DNA of 64,000 bases, taken from the IMG/VR virus record IMGVR_UViG_3300017613_002261. One strand, 5' to 3'. Source of the stretch: a virus. The position numbers were made by a program, and so were the translations under genes. Below the pieces are notes generated by a model that did not search any database, was not told where the DNA came from, and worked only from the letters and a program-made list of their open reading frames with translations. Of this stretch, positions 8,077-16,932 are shown piece by piece (the first letter of the stretch is position 1; each line of letters starts with the position of its first letter).

Positions 8077-10001
8077 TTCCTACGGTAGCCTAAGTCTTAC
8101 TCGTTATCTTTACTCAATAGAAAGTTTCTGGTGCTCCGACGCCATTTCATAAATACTGTTGGGTTAGCTATTTGAACCAGGTATTTATTTACTTGAACCG
8201 AATTATAGTTATTGTAAGGATTGCTCATCCCGACCTATCCTTCCGAGCCATTCCTCTTGAGGAATAAACTTTCAAAACCATGAGGTTCTAATTCCGCATA
8301 GTATACTGGCCGTCCATCATTCCGGCACATGAATTAGTTATTGAAATTGGGAGTGGGGCTATCGTTTATCGCCTCAATAACAAAGTTGGATAAAGATGTT
8401 TCTGTATTGTCCCGGTTATAAATTATAGAATTCAAATGTCCTATACAGAACTAATTCCGTTTGAATACTGTCAGAGTTACGCTATTAATAAGTCTCTGGT
8501 CTAAGAAATCGAAGGACTCACACCTCTTCAAACGCTACCATCGTACTAAGTATAATAGATTCCTCTACTATCACTGTCTTATTATAATAATTATCTCTTA
8601 TCCTTTTCAGAGTTTTATCTAGTAGCTATTACGACTCAGGTAAATAACCAGGCTTCTCTAGCATTCGATATCCAACCTCTTAATCAAGGGAGACACCTAA
8701 TTTCGTTTAAACTTGGTGAACAGTCTTGCAAGTTTAAGTCCGTTAGGATTTTATAGGTAATAAAAACGGCTTGTTTTTACACTAAAAGAACCTGCCTCAT
8801 TTATCTCTAACGAAAGGTATTTAACTCTATTACCGAGCTAAACCATACAACAATTAGAGTGTCAATTCTACTTATTAAAGGATGGCGACTCCAAGGCCTG
8901 CCTACCCTAATTACCTATTTGCAGAAGTGAGGAATTGAACCTCACATGATCTCAATTTTAGGCTTATTTACTGCAGATATTACATTCGAAAATGTATCTC
9001 TACATCTGAGAACTCATCCTCTCGACCCCGTCGAGCCTTACGGATTAAATCTGTAGCAATAACCATTCTGCGATAATATAATACATAAAGGAGGAGCGTC
9101 TTAACATTAGACCATGGACACAAGAGATGGATAATCTTGGATCGGTCCGGATTCTAACCGGCATCTCTCCTTTTAGATAAAAGGGCATGCTTTACGGACA
9201 TAACCTACAAGAAAGACGTTCCTCTCTTTCTCTGCCGATAGAATATAATAGTCAGTGCTTCTCTACTTATTCACTATTATATGCATCTCGCTATCAATCC
9301 TAGAAGTGAAGATATCCTGCAAAATATCTATTAAGATTGAAGGGGATCGAACCCAAATAGAAATGTAAATAACATTCTATTCTCCAAAGACAATCTCACT
9401 CTTTAACATACTTAAAATAAACCGGGGCAAACTTGAAGCCTTACCATGGCGACTTCTAACGAGCTTTGCCGAAACCCGAGATACTAATCTCTCAACGGAG
9501 ACCCTGCCCTATGCAGGCGAAATTGAGAGTATCAATAAATCAATGACGGATTCTTGTAATGCCTTCCGTCTCAGGCTCTTTCGCTCAGTAACTAATGTTA
9601 CTGGCATGGCAGAGAACCATCTCCTGTTGTTATGATACAAACCTAGGGAGAGGTATTTGCAGAATAAATGAATTTACTCTGACCCATATATCTATACAAC
9701 CTTACAGGATAAAAGGCTTTGAAGAGTATCAAATAAATGATAAGCTAGGAATCACCCTAGTAGGGAATTACTTACTGTTACCCTCTTTCTCTTCGCCGTT
9801 TCACAGAGAGTGACTTGCTAGTGCAGTGGTATCATCTGAGAGAGGTAAGTATAGCATCCCGCATATGTAGATGTCTCACATTACGTAATCACCTAAGATT
9901 CAACCATTCAGAAGTTAATTAAGCTTCTGTAATGGAATTGAGACTTCCATATTCTGCGATGCTATGCTTAATATATAAATTAAGGTTTTATTTTATAACA
10001 C
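8077..10001 (-). ncRNA. unclassified large structured-RNA candidate or degenerate tRNA array
   Basis: No credible ORF on the coding strand, and visibly higher G+C than flanks. Many perfect local helices: 9489-9495/9523-9529 enclosing 9503-9507/9513-9517; 9586-9592/9597-9603; 9545-9550/9565-9570; 9210-9216/9225-9231; 9169-9175/9178-9184. T-arm-like modules at 8928-8944, 9147-9161 and 9342-9354. Confidence 0.4.
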
Positions 10002-10148
10002 TCAATCTTCTACATTTTCAGTGTTTGTACAGTTTAAACAAATAAACCTGTCTTGATCATAAGGACCTTCGTTTCCTTCTTCACAGAATATCATACCCTG
10101 CCAATGACATACAGGGCATTTTCTAATTGTATCTGAATAATTACACAT
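10002..10148 (-). CDS. 48-aa zinc-ribbon protein
   Basis: MCNYSDTIRKCPVCHWQGMIFCEEGNEGPYDQDRFICLNCTNTENVED, with an AGAGGA RBS. Below the track's length cut-off. Confidence 0.5.
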   Translation of the reverse strand: MCNYSDTIRKCPVCHWQGMIFCEEGNEGPYDQDRFICLNCTNTENVED

Positions 10149-10170
10149 AATATCCTCTTTTATATAATAT

Positions 10171-10236
10171 TTTAATGGGTTGGAGAGCTTATTATTAATT
10201 TCTCCTACTATCAGTTCTTGGATACCCGTTAATTTC
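10171..10236 (-). promoter_or_regulatory. copy A of the conserved intergenic element (candidate phage promoter plus 5' hairpin)
   Basis: Minus strand reads AAATTAACGGGTATCCAAGAACTGATAGTAG GAGAA-loop-CTCTCC AACCCATTAAAA. Lies upstream of the 48-aa ORF and the ORF-free block. Confidence 0.45.
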
Positions 10237-10279
10237 TCAAACTAAACAAGAGTCCTTTTTGAATATTAAAAACATCCGC

Positions 10280-10636
10280 CTACGTCTGCTTATCTACTAA
10301 TTTTAAATACATATCTTTACACTTAGAGCATCTTGATAAGAGGTCACGTAGGGATAATAGTCTATCTACCTTGGCATAACGCAAATCATCTGATAGATAT
10401 TCTAAAGATGGTTGCTCATAAGGTGACTTATGATTAACTCCTCTTAAGATTAACTCCTCTACAAGAGGATCATGACGAGACTGCATCGCATCCGGTTCTA
10501 TCTGAGTAACAGGTCTTATTCTTCCCGATATATTATGCATCTTTACAAAATTATGGCGATGTTTATGAATCTCAAAATGCTCTCCTAGAAGGTGCTGAAT
10601 ACATAAAATTTTAGGGTTTACCCTCCACATTCTCAT
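10280..10636 (-). CDS. pyrimidine-dimer DNA glycosylase-like (DenV/Pyr_excise family)
   Basis: N-terminus MRMWRVNPKILCIQHLLGEHFEIH resembles the family signature. Confidence 0.55.
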   Translation of the reverse strand: MRMWRVNPKILCIQHLLGEHFEIHKHRHNFVKMHNISGRIRPVTQIEPDAMQSRHDPLVEELILRGVNHKSPYEQPSLEYLSDDLRYAKVDRLLSLRDLLSRCSKCKDMYLKLVDKQT

Positions 10637-10898
10637 AAACCACTCTCCTTTAAATTAACGAAATCAAATACACTGATTTATAAACCTCTTTAATGCTTTC
10701 ATGATTTAATCCTTTTAGATGCAATTGATTTACGTCTGAAATCGTTATTTGTATCTCTTTCACAGAGCTTTACGAAAATATATTTGTCATACTAGTACTT
10801 ATTTGATAATGCTCTAGTGAAATCAATACTCTCTGACTTAGTATAAAAATCTGCATACAGATAAGCCACACATAAAGGAGCATCTACTATTAATATTT

Positions 10899-11141
10899 TC
10901 ATATCATATGAAATGAGCTATGACCATTAATACGACAGTCTACTAAGATATAACCCTCAGTATAAATAACCTTATGGAATCCAGGACAAACATGACCTTT
11001 CTCTCTTTCTAAACATAATGGAGTGTCTTTAACTACGAGATAAGCTGAATCTAAAGCCTGTTTATAGGACAAAGGACAATTAGCACATGAAACTATAGCT
11101 GTAGCTCCTTCTGAAACCTCTAAATAATCTTTTTTATTCAT
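10899..11141 (-). CDS. Cys-rich hypothetical protein
   Basis: 80-aa ORF with a TAAGGAG RBS and multiple Cys (CANC, C, CPG, C). Confidence 0.5.
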   Translation of the reverse strand: MNKKDYLEVSEGATAIVSCANCPLSYKQALDSAYLVVKDTPLCLEREKGHVCPGFHKVIYTEGYILVDCRINGHSSFHMI

Positions 11142-11233
11142 AACATACTCCTTATGTAAATAATTTGAAATTATATACTGGTTTCACAAAATTTATAACA
11201 TCAATTGTTTCTTTGTAAAGTATATCCATGCTC

Positions 11234-11326
11234 CTACCCTATTAAATAATGACAGTTAGAGCATAATAAATCACATTTATCAACCTCTTCTTTTAATCTT
11301 TCTTTCTGTCTCGCTGTTAAAGCCAT
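11234..11326 (-). pseudogene. HNH endonuclease C-terminal remnant (30 codons)
   Basis: MALTARQKERLKEEVDKCDLLCSNCHYLIG contains the C-terminal CxxC..CH part of an HNH motif and nothing else. Confidence 0.4.
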
Positions 11327-11367
11327 ACTCTTATTATTTAAATAAAGGATAAAAATAACAAACAATA

Positions 11368-11523
11368 TCATTCTTCTTTAATAGGCATAATAGATATATA
11401 ATATTTAGCAAATGTTGGATGATTTAAAAATGAGTACATCTGTGATTTAGTAGTAGAGTCGATATAGGACTCATCAGGGAGCATTACATTTGCATTGTTA
11501 TATTTCGCTTTAATATTAAACAT
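11368..11523 (-). pseudogene. rtcB: RtcB RNA ligase N-terminal remnant (51 codons)
   Basis: MFNIKAKYNNANVMLPDESYIDSTTKSQMYSFLNHPTFAKYYISIMPIKEE stops exactly where RtcB proteins continue with MPDxHxG. Confidence 0.45.
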
Positions 11524-11534
11524 TCTCCAGGATA

Positions 11535-12509
11535 TTAGTTGATTACTTTAAAAGGTCTGTTTGCTTTCTTACGAGGAGCCGGAGTGTTATCTTCGGGAGT
11601 GCCTAAATCAATGTTAGTGGCATCCGCTCCTGATACAAACTGACGTAGAACATTGTAATCATTGTCGATTCCCTCATCAGATCTTCTTTCTAAGATCATC
11701 GGGACATATTTGAATACCTGAATCAGTCGAAGAATATTTGAGAGGCCAAGACCTCCTTCTCTTCCGATACCTGCATGACGATCTTTCTTATTGCCTAGCT
11801 TGCATACTGTTGGTTCTACATCATTTAAGTGAACTAGTGATAAGACATCATTTACTTCGTAATATACTTCCCGAACGAACTCTTCCGTGGTTACGTCATA
11901 GCCAGCTGCAAATGCGTGCGCTGTATCAATACATATTCCAGTAGCATCTCGACCTAAATATTTATTTACACCCCTAGATAGCTTTGCTAGTTCTACTATA
12001 TTAGATCCTATACGTGTTCCGTCTCCTGCAGCGTTTTCAAAAATAAGTTTAACAGATCCTGAATACGATTCAAATATCTTTAATATAGAATCATCTACCT
12101 TAGCTCTCGCTTCTTCAGTAGTAGCTTCTTTACCCGCTGACCCTATATGAATATTAACACCTTCTATACCTAATTTCTCTGCTAGATATAAATGGGCAAT
12201 AACACCTTTGTAGGATAAGATACGATGTTGTTCCTTTGCTGAGCATAGATTAATGTAAAAGGGAGCATGGGCAAATATTCTTAATCCATCAACATGAGTA
12301 CGGAATTCATGTATAGTATCTTTATCAAACTTGGAGGGGAACCATGACTGAACAGGGCCTAACATTATTTGATAAGTTGATACACCATCCCTCTTAGCTC
12401 TTGCAATAGAGTTTAAGATTGAAGGTTCACTTGAATAATGTGCCCCTATGAAATAGGGAGCACTTAAATTGGATAACGATTTTAATAAGTCTGTAACTAG
12501 ATCATTCAT
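11535..12509 (-). CDS. nfo: endonuclease IV (AP endonuclease family 2)
   Basis: HAPFYINL, IHIGS, FENAAGDG, CIDTAHAFAAGYD, VHLNDV...DRHAGIG motifs. I prefer the ATG at 12509 (AAAGGA RBS) over the GTG at 12563 used by the track. Confidence 0.85.
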   Translation of the reverse strand: MNDLVTDLLKSLSNLSAPYFIGAHYSSEPSILNSIARAKRDGVSTYQIMLGPVQSWFPSKFDKDTIHEFRTHVDGLRIFAHAPFYINLCSAKEQHRILSYKGVIAHLYLAEKLGIEGVNIHIGSAGKEATTEEARAKVDDSILKIFESYSGSVKLIFENAAGDGTRIGSNIVELAKLSRGVNKYLGRDATGICIDTAHAFAAGYDVTTEEFVREVYYEVNDVLSLVHLNDVEPTVCKLGNKKDRHAGIGREGGLGLSNILRLIQVFKYVPMILERRSDEGIDNDYNVLRQFVSGADATNIDLGTPEDNTPAPRKKANRPFKVIN

Positions 12510-12562
12510 TTCAAATCCTTTGATATTATTAATAATATTTATATTAAATAAAGGAGGTAGCA

Positions 12563-13444
12563 CTACTTATCATAATGAACGATATACTTGCATCCGTCAT
12601 AAGATGCTTCGTTAGGGCCTGTCCAAACAGAATCGACAGTGATTATCTTTCCTCTATTCTCGAGTTTGTAATAATCAGACATTAATCTACGGTTATGACC
12701 TCTAATATATCTAGGAACGGGTAATTGGGATGAAGGTGAATCTTTCTTAGCTAAATTATATCGTTTTCTAATCTCTGGAAGAGATAAGAGATTAAAGGTA
12801 GGACGTGATTGAAGGTTAATCATCTTCTTATCTCGTTTTCTTCTTTTAACATTCAAAGGGTTACAGGAGACTATCCACTTAGCTGGGCCGTATAAGTATC
12901 TTAAATGCCATACTAAATCACTTACATTAGCATTGAAGGACCCTATAGAACCCTCATCAATATTAGGAGACGATGAAGAAAGTAAAGGAGATTTTCTTAC
13001 TTTATAGTTTCTATCAGAATCTCTGTAGTACATTTCATATTGGAGAGGGATTATTCTGCTCTTCTCTTTAGGAGAACATAAATCAAATAAACCTATCATA
13101 CTCCCTATGCTCTCTGCAAGACATAACGTTATCTCAAAATATACAGGATTATTCATAACTTCTGAGATATTCTCTAATATAAGTATCTCTTCTGGAGACA
13201 ATGCTCTCATATAATAAGCAGAAAAGCTGTCCTCAGTTAATACAGGGTTTGATAAATTGTCGATATACTTCTCAACAATAAGTGTTTCAGGGAAAGGTAA
13301 TCCGATTTCGTAAGCCGGCTCTTCTTTTTGAATATTAGTAATTTCTGGAACTATAAATAACGAACTACTATTATATGCTGGAACTCTTTCAGGGAAAAAT
13401 CTATTGATAATAGAACTAAATTCTTGGTATGATGATTTATACAT
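12563..13444 (-). CDS. hypothetical protein
   Basis: 293-aa ORF, co-directional, no motif recognised. Confidence 0.6.
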   Translation of the reverse strand: MYKSSYQEFSSIINRFFPERVPAYNSSSLFIVPEITNIQKEEPAYEIGLPFPETLIVEKYIDNLSNPVLTEDSFSAYYMRALSPEEILILENISEVMNNPVYFEITLCLAESIGSMIGLFDLCSPKEKSRIIPLQYEMYYRDSDRNYKVRKSPLLSSSSPNIDEGSIGSFNANVSDLVWHLRYLYGPAKWIVSCNPLNVKRRKRDKKMINLQSRPTFNLLSLPEIRKRYNLAKKDSPSSQLPVPRYIRGHNRRLMSDYYKLENRGKIITVDSVWTGPNEASYDGCKYIVHYDK

Positions 13445-13495
13445 TGCATACTCCTAGAGTATAAAATATATAAATTAATTGTAAAGATTATAACA

Positions 13496-14143
13496 TTAAA
13501 ACCCGCGTAACATGTATATAGTATCTTCAGCGACCTCTTTAATATTTTCTAGATATATCGCTGCTTCACTATCTTTGTTCTTTACGGCTATCTTTAAATT
13601 AGATAAGGACATTTCAATCTCTTCGATACCGTCTATAACAGCATCCTGATGAGATAAAACACCTGATTTAGACTTCATTACTTTAGCGAAGTTAAGTTGA
13701 CGGAAGAATTTTAGATCGTCTTTATCCCACTTCTCATCAGTATCTTCATACTTCTTCTTTAATCTATCTGCCTCTGCATTTATCTTAGATACTGGAATAT
13801 CTTCTTTCTCTGAAATGTTTAATTTCTTATGAAGATCTCCTTTGACTAAGTCTTTAGGAATCCACTCCTCCGACTGGAAGGAGTCATAGGAAGATTTTAG
13901 TAAATCCGATACTTTAAATAATGTTAGAAGATTTCCTTCGACAGTATAATCAAATCCCATAAGATTTAATTCTCTCTCCATCTGATCATAAACCCGAGTC
14001 ATACTCTTAGCTTTTGATTTTATATGGTAAATGATAGAACCATTCTCGAGTTTCTCGGGAGATCCTAAAGAAAATAATTCGCTTACCTTATTATAGGCAG
14101 TGTTAAATGCATTATCATTGGAAATAAATGGTTTTGATTTCAT
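13496..14143 (-). CDS. hypothetical protein
   Basis: ORF track 13496-14179. The ATG at 14143 gives a TAATG overlap with the upstream stop. Confidence 0.55.
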   Translation of the reverse strand: MKSKPFISNDNAFNTAYNKVSELFSLGSPEKLENGSIIYHIKSKAKSMTRVYDQMERELNLMGFDYTVEGNLLTLFKVSDLLKSSYDSFQSEEWIPKDLVKGDLHKKLNISEKEDIPVSKINAEADRLKKKYEDTDEKWDKDDLKFFRQLNFAKVMKSKSGVLSHQDAVIDGIEEIEMSLSNLKIAVKNKDSEAAIYLENIKEVAEDTIYMLRGF

Positions 14144-14511
14144 TAAATAAGATCCTGATATTCTTTGAATACTGAACATGTATTAGGATTCTCTGAGTTA
14201 GCAATCCATGACTTAACTTCTTTTATAGAATGGAATGAAACTGCAGAGGAGTAAACCGCACATTTTGCTGAAATAAAGAAAGAGCAGTTGTCACAACAAT
14301 GACAGTCAGACGCTATAAAAGAATCTGAAGTTAATGATACTTTAGAAGTACTCTTTAGTAACTTCAGTGCCTTAGCATATAAATATGGTTCTGAAACTTC
14401 TAATACATAAGCCCCTTCTTCCTCAGAATCACGAAGATTGCCGAATAGTTCTAACGTTTGGAAATGATGATTGACCCAGTCAGAGTCTGCCTCGAATTTA
14501 ATATAATTCAT
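14143..14511 (-). CDS. hypothetical Cys-rich protein
   Basis: 122-aa ORF with a CHCCDNC cluster. Confidence 0.55.
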   Translation of the reverse strand: MNYIKFEADSDWVNHHFQTLELFGNLRDSEEEGAYVLEVSEPYLYAKALKLLKSTSKVSLTSDSFIASDCHCCDNCSFFISAKCAVYSSAVSFHSIKEVKSWIANSENPNTCSVFKEYQDLI

Positions 14512-14513
14512 GA

Positions 14514-15002
14514 TTATTGAATTCCTCCAGCATCACGTGTCCATGGCGAATAATGATACTCAGATCCGTTAGAAGAGGATTTCCAATACTGTTGCTCGAA
14601 TCCTTCTCCCCAACCGTCTGATAATTGTCCGTTGAAATAATCTGAGATGGTTGAAACAATTTCCATGTTCTCCTTGTCAGTCTCTCCTGGAATGTAATAA
14701 ACCGTAATAGCAAAAGCTGAAGAACGTAACCCACTCGCATATGCTTTCTTAGCATGTTTGAAAACTGTGCTGTCATATTTCTCTGATGCATAATTTAGCA
14801 AACCATTAGTCTCTTGAAAGTCTTTCTTTAACTGAGAAGATGCTTCGGACATGACGTCTGATGGAACGTCTCTATATGAAACAGGAAAAGATCTTCCTGT
14901 TTTTCTTGATACACGAAACCATCTACCCCTTACCAGAAATTTCTCTTTCTCTAATCCCGAGGAGTTAAATTCTTCTGGTGCTTTAAATGCTTTTGCTTTC
15001 AT
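14514..15002 (-). CDS. hypothetical protein
   Basis: 162-aa ORF, co-directional. The nested ORF 14498-14791 was discounted. Confidence 0.55.
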   Translation of the reverse strand: MKAKAFKAPEEFNSSGLEKEKFLVRGRWFRVSRKTGRSFPVSYRDVPSDVMSEASSQLKKDFQETNGLLNYASEKYDSTVFKHAKKAYASGLRSSAFAITVYYIPGETDKENMEIVSTISDYFNGQLSDGWGEGFEQQYWKSSSNGSEYHYSPWTRDAGGIQ

Positions 15003-15046
15003 AATGTTATTCCTTAAATCTAACTTACATAATAAATTGTTATCAA

Positions 15047-16462
15047 CTACTCAAATAACTCGTTTAAATGAGACTTCGCAATGAAAGAATCCTCTCCCAT
15101 GTAGAAGTCTAATGTTTCTTGATTCTCTAAAAGTCTCTTGTATATCCATGCCTCCACAGTGTTTAATTCATTTGAATTATCGGGATAAACTGAGAGTAAT
15201 GTGTAGTAAAACTGTTTCAATGTCTGTCCTATACGAGATATTCTATCTTGAGACTGAATATACTTTTCGTTGGATAGTGGAGGCGTGTAATATAACGCTC
15301 TGCTGCAATTGACAAATGTGTGACCATGAGTTAAGCAGCTCATTATCGCTACTAAAACCTGCTTATCCCCTTTTATGAAACTCTCTTTATTTGATTCGAA
15401 ATCTGCAGATCTCATATTTCCTTTAAGGAATGTAAATGAAATTCCCATCTCGGATAATACTTCTTTTACCTGATTGAATTCATGAGTCCACTCGCACCAT
15501 ACTATAAGCTGGTTATCTCCAAAATCTTCCATGATATCCCGAAACATATCTCTCTTTGATGATTGCTTCGTGAATTTACCTATACAAACCTGTCTTAATC
15601 TAGTTATCTGAGCCAATAAGTGTTTTATTGGGATGTATTTCCCTTCAAACTGATCTATCCAAATCTTGAAGTCATTTAATATTGAACGGTATACTGAGTA
15701 TTCTTCATCATTTTGCTGACAATCGATCTTTATGAAGTTCTTTGGTGGAAGATCCAGGCACTCATCCTTTGTAAATGTTATTGCATACCGGTCTACAACT
15801 TTCTTCACTGCATAATGATCATATCTAAAGTCACGGGAGAATTCCCTTATAGAGCCACACTCAAAGGCACAAGAACCTTTCATTATATAAAATTGGTTAC
15901 GAATGTTTAAAGTATCACTGACGTAAGGAGTTCCTGTAGAAATTACTTTGATAGGAATAAGTTCTGTTCCTTTATATAAAGATTTGAAGATGGATGTTGT
16001 ATGATACTTAAATTTAGTCGACTCATCGAAAGCTGCCATCGAATATTTCTTTCTACGGATGACTCTCCAAAGGTTTATAAATGCCTCATAGTTAATTATG
16101 TTTACCTTATACCTATTTGATGATATTAATCTAGTCTTTCTCTCCCTATTTCCCATAATCACTAAAACAGATAATTTAGGACAAAACTTCTTAATCTCAT
16201 TCTTAAAGTTTATCATTAAGGACTTTGGAACTACTATTAATATATTTCTAGCTTCTCTCTTTGAAAGTCTATCTAAGAATAAGGAGAGAATTACAAGAGA
16301 TTTCCCTAGACCTGGATGCAGGAATAATGCTGAATGGTTTCTTTGAGAGGAGAAATGGAAAGACATCTTCTGATGATCGTAAAATGACATATCTCCCTTA
16401 AAATGAGATAATACATCATCAGGGATAGGAGCTAAATAATTTTTACGTGGATCTCGAGTCAA
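15047..16462 (-). CDS. SNF2/RAD54-family helicase
   Basis: LHPGLGKS (motif I), AFDEST (DExx box), and a C-terminal helicase lobe (LTHGHTF...QSQDRISRIGQ). TTG start. Confidence 0.8.
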   Translation of the reverse strand: MTRDPRKNYLAPIPDDVLSHFKGDMSFYDHQKMSFHFSSQRNHSALFLHPGLGKSLVILSLFLDRLSKREARNILIVVPKSLMINFKNEIKKFCPKLSVLVIMGNRERKTRLISSNRYKVNIINYEAFINLWRVIRRKKYSMAAFDESTKFKYHTTSIFKSLYKGTELIPIKVISTGTPYVSDTLNIRNQFYIMKGSCAFECGSIREFSRDFRYDHYAVKKVVDRYAITFTKDECLDLPPKNFIKIDCQQNDEEYSVYRSILNDFKIWIDQFEGKYIPIKHLLAQITRLRQVCIGKFTKQSSKRDMFRDIMEDFGDNQLIVWCEWTHEFNQVKEVLSEMGISFTFLKGNMRSADFESNKESFIKGDKQVLVAIMSCLTHGHTFVNCSRALYYTPPLSNEKYIQSQDRISRIGQTLKQFYYTLLSVYPDNSNELNTVEAWIYKRLLENQETLDFYMGEDSFIAKSHLNELFE

Positions 16463-16496
16463 AATAATTCCTTTTACACGGTTATTTATATATAAA

Positions 16497-16563
16497 TTTA
16501 ATGGGTTAGAGAAGATAACATGGAATTTCTCCTACTGTCAGTTCTCCCGTACCCTGTTAATTT
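16497..16563 (-). promoter_or_regulatory. copy B of the conserved intergenic element
   Basis: Minus strand reads AAATTAACAGGGTACGGGAGAACTGACAGTAG GAGAA-loop-TTCTC TAACCCATTAAAT, 35 nt upstream of the SNF2 start. Confidence 0.45.
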
Positions 16564-16738
16564 GTCTCTTGAGAATATCCCAATCGCTTTGAATATCTTT
16601 AGGACAATAACGCATCAGTTTCATGTTGATAAATTCTATTAAATCATATTTATCGCGAAGAAGTTCTTCGAGTTGATTTACAAGAGACTCATTAGTTAAA
16701 TCACTCATCAAGAATCTCTTTAACCTGTTTAAGATCAT
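16538..16738 (-). CDS. hypothetical protein
   Basis: 66-aa ORF. Its TGA stop lies inside element B. Confidence 0.5.
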   Translation of the reverse strand: MILNRLKRFLMSDLTNESLVNQLEELLRDKYDLIEFINMKLMRYCPKDIQSDWDILKRQINRVREN

Positions 16739-16932
16739 GCCTCATAAAAAGCTCGTTAGCCCAAGTGAATAAGAGATTTAAATACTTAATCTTTATTGTA
16801 GAGAACAGAGCGTATAAGACATAACAAAGCTCATACTGAGTTATGTCTTCCTCTTGAATAATGTGGTTAAATTACTTGATTAATTTAATTATTCTTTTAT
16901 GTCCTTCTGATGATATGACCATAGATAATTCC

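Noticed and set aside
8928-9354. Calling tRNA genes at the T-arm-like sites (8928-8944, 9147-9161, 9342-9354).
   Set aside because: The acceptor stems are only 4-5 bp. There is no proper D-arm or 7-nt anticodon loop at the right spacing, and one T-loop has A at the conserved C56 position. They are reported as modules of the structured block, not as tRNAs.
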